Shown: positions 29,818 through 40,550 of the stretch, piece after piece
Position numbering within the stretch: position 1 is the stretch's first letter
Layout of the letters: every line of letters starts with the position of its first letter
Assembly: GCA_963666345.1 (NCBI GenBank)
Contig: OY762721.1
Location: 1,920,001 to 1,984,000, forward strand
Length of the DNA stretch: 64,000 nt
Source of the DNA: Desulfatiglandales bacterium
Lineage (GTDB): Bacteria; Desulfobacterota; DSM-4660; Desulfatiglandales; Desulfatiglandaceae
Direction of reading: 5' to 3'
Notes under the pieces: generated by a model
What the model was told of the DNA's origin: nothing
Database searches by the model: none
Seen by the model: the letters and a program-made list of their open reading frames with translations, nothing else
Program-made: the position numbers and the translations under genes

Positions 29818-30954
29818 TCAAGATCTTTCTCCCAGCAATTGTTTTGCTCTGGCCTGCCATGTAAAATTCTTCGTAAAATGCCTATTTGCCTCAGCACCCA
29901 ATCTATGCCGCAGTTCTGGCTCATCCCTTAGCCGCTTCAGGCCATTTTCCCATGCGTCCACATCATCAGGCGGGCAAAGGAGTACGTTGCGATCATGGTC
30001 CATTACCTCGCGAAGCGCCGGCAGGTCCGAACAGATGATAGCCTTAGATGCGGCCATGTATTCAAATATTTTTATAGGGGACATCCAATGAACAGTATTT
30101 CCTCCTCCACCAGCATTAACAGAGGAAACAGATACTTCATGCTGATAAGGCGCCAGGAGAATGTCAAATGCAACGCGTATCCTCTCGGCATTTACGGGTG
30201 ACACAAAACCGTGGAAAATGATATTTTTTAGGTTGACAGTTCGATCCTTCCAAAAAACAATATCCTTTTCTGATCCGCCCACCAAGTGAAAGTCAGCCCA
30301 ATCACAGGTTTTTGCAAGCGCTACGATGACATCCACACCCCGTCCTCTATACAAATGCCCCACATACCCCACCTGAAGGCGCTTACCTTTGTTCGGCAGT
30401 TCCACAGGGATCACACCTTCAGGGATAGGATCAGCGCCATCCGGAGCGACCTGGATTTTTCCCCTAGTCTGCAGATATTTGGCTTCGTAGTCTTTTTTGA
30501 GGGCATGGGTAATGACTACCAGCTTCTGCAAACAAGGCGACCTGATCAGCCCGCGAAACATCAATTCACTTACGCTGCCACGGTCTTCTGTCGGACCGTG
30601 CGATTCAAACACCACGGGTAAGCTAAACAAAGCTGCGAAAAAACATCCGGCAAGGTTTCTGCAATATACCAAATCCGGCTTGAGCGTCTTGGCCTTTCTT
30701 CCGGCCAGCAGGCCGTAAATATACGTCCGGCCTTTGATAGGCAGCCAGGGCAGCTTCACGATCTCGAAACACTTTTCCACACCGTAGAAGGCAAAAGCAT
30801 CTTCCACACCCTGTTCAACATCATTTTTTCTATCCGGAGCAATTAAAACCACCTCATGCCCGTTCCTGGCAAATGCCTGGCACATTTTCATAACATGAAT
30901 GCTGTTGGCGGCACGGGAGGGAATGGTGGAGGAGGAGATGTAGGTGATTTTCAT
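29818..30954 (-). CDS. Glycosyltransferase family 4
   Basis: ANSIHVMKMC, GYVGHLY, SPIKIFEYMA. Confidence 0.92.
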   Translation of the reverse strand: MKITYISSSTIPSRAANSIHVMKMCQAFARNGHEVVLIAPDRKNDVEQGVEDAFAFYGVEKCFEIVKLPWLPIKGRTYIYGLLAGRKAKTLKPDLVYCRNLAGCFFAALFSLPVVFESHGPTEDRGSVSELMFRGLIRSPCLQKLVVITHALKKDYEAKYLQTRGKIQVAPDGADPIPEGVIPVELPNKGKRLQVGYVGHLYRGRGVDVIVALAKTCDWADFHLVGGSEKDIVFWKDRTVNLKNIIFHGFVSPVNAERIRVAFDILLAPYQHEVSVSSVNAGGGGNTVHWMSPIKIFEYMAASKAIICSDLPALREVMDHDRNVLLCPPDDVDAWENGLKRLRDEPELRHRLGAEANRHFTKNFTWQARAKQLLGERS

Positions 30955-31706
30955 TGTTTGTCCTTCTCCAGAACAACCACGAGATGAAAACCAGTTTGTT
31001 TGTCTGCTATTCTATGCTTATTCCAAATCTGTTTCCAAGCAAGGCGCATAAAAGGTTTCACTTCAAGGCTAAAGAACCTGTTATCAAAAAAGCGTTTAAA
31101 AATGTTAAGCCACCAAGGCTTGGAAAAAACATGCTCTTCCCGTAGTACCGCAAGATTTACTCCGCTTTGCTTTAACTGCTTTTTCAAAAGTTCGATTGTG
31201 TAATGCCTAAAATGCTTTTTATTCAACGGAACAACTGTGGTAGGTACAGAAATTATAATTTTACCATTATCATTAACTCGTTCGTATAGCGCATGAAAAA
31301 AATCCGGCAAATCTTCTTCCGGGATATGCTCAATTACTTCAATGGCTGCAACAATATCAAATGTATCCTCCAAGGTACTGACATCTTGATCATAAAAGGT
31401 GCAATCCGGATGAAAAGCCTTCGCAAATGCTACTGCTTTTGATGACAAATCTACACCTACTCGCACAGGCACGTTTGAGGGCAGGCCCCCAACAAAGTAA
31501 CCATCGCCGCATCCTACTTCCAATACGGACTGTGGATTCATGGCAACCACTTTTTCATGGATATGCTTCTGGTAGCAAAGATAGTCGAACCCCCAGTTGA
31601 GTTTGCGGAGCAATGTAGGTATCCCGTTTTTATCAAAATGCGGAATGTAGTGGTATGGGAATTCGTACAGGGAGTCCTGAATTTGAAATTTTTTTTGGTT
31701 TGCCAC
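30951..31706 (-). CDS. Class I SAM-dependent methyltransferase
   Basis: VLEVGCGDG, EVIEHI, ISVP...HFRHY. Confidence 0.9.
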   Translation of the reverse strand: MANQKKFQIQDSLYEFPYHYIPHFDKNGIPTLLRKLNWGFDYLCYQKHIHEKVVAMNPQSVLEVGCGDGYFVGGLPSNVPVRVGVDLSSKAVAFAKAFHPDCTFYDQDVSTLEDTFDIVAAIEVIEHIPEEDLPDFFHALYERVNDNGKIIISVPTTVVPLNKKHFRHYTIELLKKQLKQSGVNLAVLREEHVFSKPWWLNIFKRFFDNRFFSLEVKPFMRLAWKQIWNKHRIADKQTGFHLVVVLEKDKQ

Positions 31707-32962
31707 TATTTATATCCTTTTGCCGCTTTAAAATATATCTCCAGTGAAACTAAAAGCGATATAAGCTGAGAGTGATTAGCTTGACCTGTTTGATGCTCCT
31801 GCCAAATTATCGGGATATTGATTTCTTTGACCAACCCCCTATATTGAAGATCATCTAAGCTTTTTTGTGCAAAGGCTTTCAGATCATCCTTTTTTCTATA
31901 GCTTAGCTCAAAATCAATATAGTTCAAGCCCTGCGCTGATCCTGAAAAAACAAATGGCAGGTATTTTCGCCCAGTGTATCCGATTCTGTTTGTAATCCGT
32001 TTTAAAAAAAACTGTACGGTAGATACATTAAGCGGCAATCCTCCAGTATTTTTAAGTGGTAAAGAAAACAATTCCGGATATGCGTTAAATAAGATTTTTT
32101 TGTATAGCATCTGATCTTTTCGTAAACTTCTTGGCAGGTTCAGCATAAACACAACCCATCGTGGATTTAAGAATGGAGCGATGTGCTTTTTATCTTTTAA
32201 GAGAACCAAAGGCATAATATAAAGCCTTTGACGAATAAAAAAATCCAGTTGCTCATCTAAAGTTATTAATTTTCTATCTAAGAAAGGTTTTTCTGGCAAC
32301 AGTTCATTCTCAGGCCATGAAGATTGATTTTCTGTATAATTATTGCGTTTAATAAAACCTATCTTTGCCTTTTCCCATGTGACACTGTCATTTTTTTGTA
32401 AGTGCGATCCAGATAGTGGGTCGCCCATGAAGCCACTCAAAAAAACCGAACCACCTTCAAAGCAACTAAACACCTGACTGAATAAAAAACCTTCAACCAG
32501 TGCTATGGGGTAGTGAAATTTTTTAGCATAGCCAATCAGCTCTTGTTCACTCCATTTGATCTTGCCCAGATTGATCACCTTGTTGACCACACCCACTTTT
32601 TTAGCCACCTGTTGGCCAATTTCATAATCCAGCGCCCCAGGAATACCAACAGTAACGGTTTGTATCTGGCTTTTGGGCAAATGCTTGAGCATACCTGCAA
32701 GGATGGCTCGTGAATCCATTCCACCACTTAAAGGAATGACAACTGTTTCTTTACCTACTTTGCCGGCAATATCGTGAAATGTATCGTCAAGGATTTTAGC
32801 CCCTTCCCTGATGAGTTCTTCACGGGGTTTCTGGCTTTTGATTTCTTGCAGATCAATGCCATAGCGGGACAATAATCTCTGCACTTTTACTTGGTTGGGC
32901 CGTGGCACATAACCATAATACAAAAAGGCATTGATTTGGTCCTTAGTCAGTGGCAGCTGCAT
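31706..32962 (-). CDS. Asparagine synthase-related protein (synthetase domain only)
   Basis: PLSGGMDSR PP-loop, SGFMGD, APFL; no N-terminal glutaminase Cys. Confidence 0.8.
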   Translation of the reverse strand: MQLPLTKDQINAFLYYGYVPRPNQVKVQRLLSRYGIDLQEIKSQKPREELIREGAKILDDTFHDIAGKVGKETVVIPLSGGMDSRAILAGMLKHLPKSQIQTVTVGIPGALDYEIGQQVAKKVGVVNKVINLGKIKWSEQELIGYAKKFHYPIALVEGFLFSQVFSCFEGGSVFLSGFMGDPLSGSHLQKNDSVTWEKAKIGFIKRNNYTENQSSWPENELLPEKPFLDRKLITLDEQLDFFIRQRLYIMPLVLLKDKKHIAPFLNPRWVVFMLNLPRSLRKDQMLYKKILFNAYPELFSLPLKNTGGLPLNVSTVQFFLKRITNRIGYTGRKYLPFVFSGSAQGLNYIDFELSYRKKDDLKAFAQKSLDDLQYRGLVKEINIPIIWQEHQTGQANHSQLISLLVSLEIYFKAAKGYK

Positions 32963-34310
32963 CAGATGCTAACCTCCTTGAAATCAGAACCGCTTCAATG
33001 GCCAGCATGGCAAGTGACCATGAAATATAGTAAATTAAATAAGCCACTCCAGCACCTTTCAAACCAATGGCAGAAAGGAGGATAAAAAGAACTATAAAAT
33101 ATATGATAGTACCGGCTATATGCACCCAAAATGTTGTGTGCGGTCTTCCCATGGAGAGCATGACAGGTTGCAGGGGGAAAGCCGCAGCTGCCACAACAAT
33201 GGCCAGCATGTACCAGAGCATCACGCCTAATGAGTCTGAATAGGCATTTCCTACAGTAAGTCTAATAATGTAGTCTCCAAAGAAATAAAAAATGAACCAA
33301 CTACCCAATGCAATCAGCCCTGCCAAAACTGAGGCGCGCACACCAAAGCGTACAAATTCTTTTATTGCACCGTTAGAGAAAAGTTTTGCCAGTTCCGGAA
33401 AAATGGATTGATACAACGGGTCAACCGTTTTTTGAATCACCGAGGCAAACTGTTTTGCGATTTTATAAAGACCAACTGCGGCAGGTCCAAGCATGGCAGC
33501 AATAATCATAACATCCAGTTCCCTTGATGTCATACGTATTGAGCTGTTTATGTTCGTTGTCCACACAAAGCCCCATATCCCATAAAACCTTTGCGATATA
33601 TTTTTGGCACTGCTTTGCATGAAACCATGAAACTTCTGATGAACCAATTCCTGGTAGGCAAAGTAAATCAGAATAAGTTTGCCCAGTATATCTACAACTG
33701 CCCATACCAACAGAAATACCCAGAGTCCAGCGCCCGTGGTAAAAGCGATGGTTACGCCGATCAGTTTAATGGCAGCCGCAATTACATTCTGGTAAGCAAC
33801 TTTTTTAAATTTATCAAATAATCTTAAAATTGCTGTAGGGGTTCCGTTGATATGGAAAAGAATTGTAAAGCTGTAAATCGCCGCCATCAGAACAAGCTGC
33901 TCATTCCAGCCTCGCCACTGTCCCACAAACCAAGCAGCAGAAGCAGCAAGGACAGTGCCCAGAATGGCGGTAGCACCATCCAGCATAAAGCCAAACTTGA
34001 TAAGAGATTTGAAATCCTGCTCTCGCTTTTGATCCAGAGCATCAGCACCGTATTTGATGATTGCCTGCCAGCTTTGGAAGTTAACCAGCCTGTCCACAAT
34101 GGCCACATAAGTGGTTATCAGCACCAGAATGCCAAACTGCGCCACCCCAAGAGCGCGGGCAGTCATGGCCAGAGATGCAAGCCCAAGCAAAGATGCAGCC
34201 ATGTTGCCGCTGAATAACATGGCCGCATTCTTAAACAGGCGGCGCAGAAGATCATCCTGCATCCATTGGCGAGGGTAGCCTACGGCTTTAATGGCTTTTG
34301 GTATATTCAT
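32943..34310 (-). CDS. wzx: Polysaccharide flippase (Wzx family)
   Basis: Many TM segments, ARALG..QFG, LGPAAVGLY. Confidence 0.88.
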   Translation of the reverse strand: MNIPKAIKAVGYPRQWMQDDLLRRLFKNAAMLFSGNMAASLLGLASLAMTARALGVAQFGILVLITTYVAIVDRLVNFQSWQAIIKYGADALDQKREQDFKSLIKFGFMLDGATAILGTVLAASAAWFVGQWRGWNEQLVLMAAIYSFTILFHINGTPTAILRLFDKFKKVAYQNVIAAAIKLIGVTIAFTTGAGLWVFLLVWAVVDILGKLILIYFAYQELVHQKFHGFMQSSAKNISQRFYGIWGFVWTTNINSSIRMTSRELDVMIIAAMLGPAAVGLYKIAKQFASVIQKTVDPLYQSIFPELAKLFSNGAIKEFVRFGVRASVLAGLIALGSWFIFYFFGDYIIRLTVGNAYSDSLGVMLWYMLAIVVAAAAFPLQPVMLSMGRPHTTFWVHIAGTIIYFIVLFILLSAIGLKGAGVAYLIYYISWSLAMLAIEAVLISRRLASDAAATD

Positions 34311-34360
34311 TTAGAGACTTAAATTAATCAGTCAAAAAGGGGTTCATTGCACGCTAATAC

Positions 34361-35380
34361 TTACACCCCCAAATACCATTTCCCAGCTTTTTCCAAGCCC
34401 GCCCTCACCGAATAATGCGGCTCATATCCTAAAAGCATTTTCGCTTTGTCGATATCGGCCAGTGAATGGCGAATATCTCCGGGTCGAAAATCGCGATATT
34501 CAGGTTGAATGTCCATTACCTGAGGATGGTTCCTACCGACCCTTTCCCTGATGAGTTGGAAAAGCTCATTTAGTGTAGTGCGCTCACCAAAGGCAATATT
34601 GTAAACACCACAATCATCATTTCCATCTGCCGTGACTGCCAGGATATTTGCCTGAACACAATTATCAATGTAGCAAAAATCACGACTGGTTTCGCCATCG
34701 CCATTGATATAAACAGTGTTGCCGGTAATCAATGATTCAAACCACAGGGGGATGACTGCGGCATATGCGCCATGGGGGTCCTGGCGTCTGCCAAACACAT
34801 TAAAATATCTGAGTCCGGTGCTTTTCAGGCCATAGGTTCGGGCAAACACATCCGCATAGAGTTCATTGACATATTTTGTAACTGCATAAGGAGACAATGG
34901 CCGGCCGATCTCATCTTCCTTCTTAGGAAGACCCGGATGATCGCCATATGTTGAGCTTGACGCTGCATAAACAAAGTGTTTAACATTTGCATCTCTTGCG
35001 GCTATAAGCATGTTCAGGTGTCCTGTTATATTATTGGCGTTTGTCAGTGCCGGATCTGCTACTGACCTTGGAACAGATCCAAGTGCTGCCTCGTGCAGAA
35101 CATAATCCTGATTTTCACATGCCCTGCTACAGGTTTCAGGATCACGGATATCACCTTTGATAAAGGTAAAATTGTTCCACTGCTCTGGAGTGACTGTTTT
35201 TTCAACCTGATCCAGATTGTGCTGATAACCAGTGGAAAAATTATCTAATCCCGTTACTGTCTGGTTGAGTTTTAAAAGCGCTTCAAGAAGATTTGAGCCT
35301 ATAAAACCGGCAGCGCCGGTGATCAGCCACTTTTCAGGAGTCTTTATCAGGATTTGTTTTGTTGATTCATATTTAGTCAT
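34361..35380 (-). CDS. wbpP: UDP-GlcNAc(A) 4-epimerase (WbpP/TviC-like)
   Basis: [52 protein letters not shown]. Confidence 0.9.
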   Translation of the reverse strand: MTKYESTKQILIKTPEKWLITGAAGFIGSNLLEALLKLNQTVTGLDNFSTGYQHNLDQVEKTVTPEQWNNFTFIKGDIRDPETCSRACENQDYVLHEAALGSVPRSVADPALTNANNITGHLNMLIAARDANVKHFVYAASSSTYGDHPGLPKKEDEIGRPLSPYAVTKYVNELYADVFARTYGLKSTGLRYFNVFGRRQDPHGAYAAVIPLWFESLITGNTVYINGDGETSRDFCYIDNCVQANILAVTADGNDDCGVYNIAFGERTTLNELFQLIRERVGRNHPQVMDIQPEYRDFRPGDIRHSLADIDKAKMLLGYEPHYSVRAGLEKAGKWYLGV

Positions 35381-35419
35381 AAGTAGAACCTTTCTGCCTC
35401 ACGCAAAGGCGCAAAGGCG

Positions 35420-36680
35420 CTAATACTTTTCAAGTCTTACCTGGTCTTTAATTCTCTTTACATGGCCGCGGTCCAGGCCTTTTACTTCGCATCCAAGTTC
35501 AAAAAACCTTTTTATTTTCTCGTCATTGAGGATGCCGGAGCAGTAGATGATGGCCACCGGATTGCCCACCATTTCGACGATTTCATCAGGTGTCAGTTTC
35601 AGGTATTCCTGGTGTCTGACTGCCAGCACTACCGCATCCGCCCCTTTCAGTGTATCCGTCAGATTCGTGTGTATGCGCAGTCCTGTAAGGTTTTCCTAGT
35701 TTCGGAAAAAACGCGCCCATGAATGGCCGGGTGCGGGATAGGTCTCCTGTTTCTCAAACTCCCACCAGTGTTTTACATAGGGGTCATGAACGGATACCTC
35801 ACCCCCCATCTCGGTCAGTTTTCTCACTATCATCTCAGAGCCGCTGTAGCGGGTATCACCCACGTCCTCCCTGTAGGACACACCGAGGACCGCGATGTTT
35901 GATGCCGCAACTATCTTTCCCATGTTACGCAGCGCGTCACGCACCAGCTGGACGACATGAAGGGAGCGGGTATCGTTTATGTCGATGGCAAGGGGGGTAA
36001 TCTTGAAGATATCGTCGTCAAAGCCCATGAGCGAATTGTATGCCCATACGCCAAGCCCCCCGTCCTTGGGAAGGCAGTATCCACCGATTCCGGGACCGGG
36101 GAAAATAATGTTTGAATGGGTGGGTCGGATCTTTATGGCGTCTATGACCTTTATAAGGTCCACCCCATTTCTCTCCGAGAAAAGGCTCCATTCATTTAGA
36201 AAGGAAAGGATTGTGGCCCGATATGAATTTTCCACGATCTTGCATGTTTCACTTTCTATGGGCCGGTCAAGAACCGTTAAAGGAAATTTCTCGACATTAA
36301 TCACATTTGAAAGAAACCTTGTGACACGGCTTTTTGCCTCATCATTAATGCCTGAGCATACGCGCCAGAAATCGCGAATGGAAGCGACATAGTTTTTACC
36401 GGGCATCACTCTTTCAAATGAATGGGTAAGAAGGGGCTCGGAGCCGTTCAGGCCCCTTTTTTCAAAGGCTTTTTTATAACCAGGTAGGCGATATATTCGG
36501 TTGTCCTAGGAGGCACGGTCGTCTCAATGAGCACCAGACAATCAGGTCTTTCTTATCTTATCCCCTATTATCTGGAGGCTTTGTTCAAGAGCCTCGATAT
36601 CAGCATGGCCTTTTCTGACATCTCCCACGGTTTCCTTGTGGTAGTCACACTGCACATCCACCGCTACAATGTCCGCAATA
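35420..36680 (-). pseudogene. Truncated, disrupted second copy of the NDP-sugar dehydrogenase
   Basis: Homologous to 38782-40473; in-frame TAG at 35696-35698, frameshifts near 36470-36560, N-terminal part missing. Confidence 0.9.
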
Positions 36681-36681
36681 G

Positions 36682-36882
36682 GATGGGCATCATTGAAAAT
36701 CACCCAGTGTCCACCAATACGAGCAATTTCTTCACCAAACAACTCGACTGTTGAATGACTAGCGGTACTCCGACTTCCGGTACGTAGCTTTTTTTTATTA
36801 AGCCTGAGGTATATCCAGAACACCCAGGGTCAATAACAATTGGCTTTTTATCAATGAAGAGTTCGAAGGCCAGTAAATCGGT
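36682..36882 (-). pseudogene. Heparinase II/III family gene fragment
   Basis: DLLAFELFIDKKPIVIDPGCSGY, then (shifted frame) RSTASHSTVELFG, matching the D.LSFEL...DPG..Y...RST.AHNTV motif. Confidence 0.65.
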
Positions 36883-36929
36883 CCGTGCCCACCCCTTCCC
36901 CCCATGCCGACTTCTCCCCCATCTACAAT

Positions 36930-37204
36930 GAAATAACAACAAACTGCCTGTGGCCGCTATTCACGTCCTTAACGAAGATGTCTTGGCTTTCTGTGATGCA
37001 CTTGGGGTTAAAATCAACACTCCATCATCAGTGAGAACGGCAGGGAGTACTGATATCGACCAGATCGACATCCCTATGAAATTTTTCTACAGCTCGAAAA
37101 CATTGAGCATCGAATGACTAGAGTCATAAGACCTCAGAGCAATGGCTTCATTGAGAGATTGCACTGGATCCTTCTTAATGGGCATTTCCATGTCATGGAT
37201 CGTA
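36930..37204 (+). pseudogene. IS481-family transposase remnant
   Basis: KLPVAAIHVLNEDVL.../ENGREY*YRPDRHPYEIFLQLENIEHR...RPQSNGFIERLH, with a stop and a frameshift. Confidence 0.8.
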
Positions 37205-37561
37205 CTAATCATTAACATATATTATATTTACTAACGAACCGGCTACCGGGTCGGCTCCTGAGCTACCTCCAATCCGGACAAACACCGTTTTTCCCATTGA
37301 ATAAGCAGTTAACAAAGTGGCCAAACCCTGGTTTCCCAATGCATCACTTAGATAAAACATCCTTGACCCTCCCCAATGTGCATCATTCGATTCATCAAGA
37401 AAAGCAATACCTCCAGAGCTTCCTGCTGAGACATTAGGATAAAAGCCAACTTTAGTGATTGTGGCAGAACCTATATCCGCTGCGCTTGCTATTGTAGGAA
37501 TAGTAGTTATGGAAAACGCAACCAACAGAATTAGCAATATACCCATTTGTTTTGTCTTCAT
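37205..37561 (-). CDS. Small secreted hypothetical protein
   Basis: Signal peptide ending ASA-A, AGGAGG RBS, 118 aa. Confidence 0.8.
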   Translation of the reverse strand: MKTKQMGILLILLVAFSITTIPTIASAADIGSATITKVGFYPNVSAGSSGGIAFLDESNDAHWGGSRMFYLSDALGNQGLATLLTAYSMGKTVFVRIGGSSGADPVAGSLVNIIYVND

Positions 37562-37688
37562 CTTTAAACCTCCTTTTTTATTTTTCGTTGTTTTTTAAAT
37601 TGGTTTTACATAAACCCAACAAAAATTATTAAGCTTTTATTTTTCACGAAGCACCTTTAGTTCAGGCTTACTTACTTCTTGGATAACC

Positions 37689-38669
37689 TCATTCCGGCGA
37701 TGACGTAATCGCATTGGGGTCGTTAGCTTTCATCTCCATTTCACGCTTCTGTTTCTCATGAAGCGCTTGCAATTGACCTCTCGTTAATCCCGGTTCATCA
37801 CCTGATCCAGGAACCACTATCTCATCCATGTTTTGATTTGCTGCTTCAAAATCCCGCTGCTGCTGTTCATGAAGCGCATTGAGCTGGCCTCTAGTTAGGG
37901 CTGGTTGGTCTCCTGATGCTGGTATCGCTATCTCATCCAGGTCACTAGGCTGCTTCTCAATTTCACGCTTTTGTTTCTCATGAAGTGCTTGCAGTTGACC
38001 TCTCGTTAATCCCGGTTCATCACCTGATCCAGGAACCACTATCTCATCCATGTTTTGATTTGCTACTTTAAAATCTCGCTGCTGCTGTTCATGAAGCGCA
38101 TTGAGCTGGCCTCTAGTTAGGGCTGGTTGGTCTCCCGATGCTAATATAACTAGCTCATTCGGATCATTAGCCTGCATCTTTATTTCACGTTTTTGCTTCT
38201 CATGAAGTGCTTTAATTTCTTGATCAGTGAGGCTCACACCATCTAAATCTTCTTCTGAATCTATTATAAAATTATTTTTACCAGGAGCCTTGCCGCCAAA
38301 ATTAAGTATTTCGAAAGTGCTATTGAACTCGTCTTTGATAACTGCACAATTTTTTATTCCGGTTCTTTTTATGATTTTTCTAACAGCTTCAAAAAGAGGG
38401 ACTTCATCCACTTTTATTGTGATTCGCTCTTTTTCAAATTCCTTATCTAAAATGATTTGATAACCCGTTTTACTATATATATCCTCAAAAATTTGTTTTA
38501 GGACCTTATTTTTAATATCTAATGACAGAACAGGCTCTTCAGTGCCTTTAGCTGATCCCCAGCATGAATCAGAATCTAAACTAACTGATATCATCGTTCC
38601 AAGACAATAAAAAAACAAAACAACGAAAAGTCTATTTCTTATACCGTATTTCATATAGCTTTTTACCAC
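37689..38669 (-). CDS. Exported protein with STN-like N-domain and 37-aa tandem repeats
   Basis: LSLDIKNKVLKQIFEDIYSKTGYQI...ITIKVDEVPLFEAVRKI (STN/N0-like); ~4.5 repeats of LTRGQL.ALHE.Q.R. Confidence 0.75.
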   Translation of the reverse strand: MVKSYMKYGIRNRLFVVLFFYCLGTMISVSLDSDSCWGSAKGTEEPVLSLDIKNKVLKQIFEDIYSKTGYQIILDKEFEKERITIKVDEVPLFEAVRKIIKRTGIKNCAVIKDEFNSTFEILNFGGKAPGKNNFIIDSEEDLDGVSLTDQEIKALHEKQKREIKMQANDPNELVILASGDQPALTRGQLNALHEQQQRDFKVANQNMDEIVVPGSGDEPGLTRGQLQALHEKQKREIEKQPSDLDEIAIPASGDQPALTRGQLNALHEQQQRDFEAANQNMDEIVVPGSGDEPGLTRGQLQALHEKQKREMEMKANDPNAITSSPE

Positions 38670-38781
38670 ATTTTTTTACTTTTGGTCAAAAATTATGTTC
38701 ATTTCTTGACAAAAATTTATTTTTCTAAATATATCAAAGAGTTAAATTTCTTTCTGTTTCACAAAAACTTATTCCACTAAT

Positions 38782-40473
38782 TTATAAGGCACTCTCATTA
38801 TTCAATACCTGATCCTTAATCCTTTTAACATGCCCCCTGCCAAGCCCTTTTACCTCGCAACCCAACTCAAAATAACGTTTAATGGCTTCATCATTCAAAA
38901 TTCCGAAGCAGTCAATTATTGAGATAGGATTACCGGCCATTTCAACGACCTTATCAGGAGTCAAGCTTAGATAATCCTTGTGCCTGACAGCAAGCACAAC
39001 CGCATCGGCACCTTTAAGCACATCTGCCATGTTTTTATGGACAACAATTTTAGAAAGCTTCTCCTGACCCCTGAAAAACCTGGCCCATGACTTTTGCGGG
39101 GCAGGATATGTATCCTGTTTTTCAAGTTCCCACCAATGCTTGACATAAGGGTCGTGTACTACCACCTCACCGCCCATCTCGGTCAGTTTTCTTACTATCA
39201 TCTCAGAGCCACTGTAACGCGTATCACCCACGTCCTCCCTGTAGGAAACGCCCAGAACCGTTATGTTTGATGCCGCAACTATCTTTCCCATGTTACGCAG
39301 CGCGTCACGCACCAGCTGGACGACATGAAGGGAGCGGGTATCGTTTATGTCGATGGCAAGGGGGGTAATCTTGAAGATATCGTCGTCAAAGCCCATGAGC
39401 GAATTGTATGCCCATACGCCAAGCCCCCCGTCCTTGGGAAGGCAGTATCCACCGATTCCGGGACCGGGGAAAATAATGTTTGAATGGGTGGGTCGGATCT
39501 TTATGGCGTCTATGACCTTTATAAGGTCCACCCCATTTCTCTCCGAGAAAAGGCTCCATTCATTTAGAAAGGAAAGGATTGTGGCCCGATATGAATTTTC
39601 CACGATCTTGCATGTTTCACTTTCTATGGGCCGGTCAAGAACCGTTAAAGGAAATTTCTCGACATTAATCACATTTGAAAGAAACCTTGTGACACGGCTT
39701 TTTGCCTCATCATTAATGCCTGAGCATACGCGCCAGAAATCGCGAATGGAAGCGACATAGTTTTTACCGGGCATCACTCTTTCAAATGAATGGGCAAGAA
39801 GGGGCTTGGAGCCGTTCAGCCCCCTTTTTTCAAATGCCTTTTTTATAATCGGATAGGCGATATACTCGGTCGTGCCCGGTGGCACGGTCGTCTCGATGAG
39901 CACCAGACAATCAGGCCTTATCTTGTCCCCAATTATCTGGAGGCTTTCTTCAAGAGCCTCGATATCCGCATGGCCTTTTCGGACATCCCCGAGGGTCTCC
40001 TTGTGGTAGTCGCACTGCACATCCACCACCACAATGTCAGCAAGGCATAAGGCATCATATGAAAAGGAAGCTGTAAGGGTCTTTTTCTCCTTTACGCACC
40101 GTTTGATCAAGGGGGCGACCTCAGGGTCTTCGGCCTCAACAGGTGCCACACCCTTATTCAGATAGGGTATCTTCCAGTATGAACGGATTGAAGGCCTCTG
40201 CATGCCGATTACCGAATAGATGGAATTACCTGTTTCAGGGTCAACAGAGTCGGCCACAACCCCTGCCATAACGGAACCGACAAACCCAACGCCCATGACG
40301 ACAACGATCTCGCGACCCTTCTCTTTTTCCTGTTTTACAAGCTGTCTCAGGCGTTTGTTTTCATTTTCATAATCCGCCTCTGTCGGAAGGGGGAAGACCT
40401 CGCCGTTCGGAGAGGGGGACACGGGATTATCCGTGTTGTTGGAGGGGTTGGTTGTATTGGGGTCTTTAGTCAT
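38782..40473 (-). CDS. UDP-glucose/GDP-mannose family nucleotide-sugar dehydrogenase
   Basis: VVMGVGFVG, ETTVPPGTT, ERVMPG, KIVENSYR, PGPGIGGYCLPKD, LGVSYREDVGDTRYS. Confidence 0.93.
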   Translation of the reverse strand: MTKDPNTTNPSNNTDNPVSPSPNGEVFPLPTEADYENENKRLRQLVKQEKEKGREIVVVMGVGFVGSVMAGVVADSVDPETGNSIYSVIGMQRPSIRSYWKIPYLNKGVAPVEAEDPEVAPLIKRCVKEKKTLTASFSYDALCLADIVVVDVQCDYHKETLGDVRKGHADIEALEESLQIIGDKIRPDCLVLIETTVPPGTTEYIAYPIIKKAFEKRGLNGSKPLLAHSFERVMPGKNYVASIRDFWRVCSGINDEAKSRVTRFLSNVINVEKFPLTVLDRPIESETCKIVENSYRATILSFLNEWSLFSERNGVDLIKVIDAIKIRPTHSNIIFPGPGIGGYCLPKDGGLGVWAYNSLMGFDDDIFKITPLAIDINDTRSLHVVQLVRDALRNMGKIVAASNITVLGVSYREDVGDTRYSGSEMIVRKLTEMGGEVVVHDPYVKHWWELEKQDTYPAPQKSWARFFRGQEKLSKIVVHKNMADVLKGADAVVLAVRHKDYLSLTPDKVVEMAGNPISIIDCFGILNDEAIKRYFELGCEVKGLGRGHVKRIKDQVLNNESAL

Positions 40474-40550
40474 TAATGGGTTCCTTTCTGATTAGGTTTA
40501 ACGGCCCACTTGTATTGTTTAAAAACTATAAAAGATAAAACAAATTTTAT

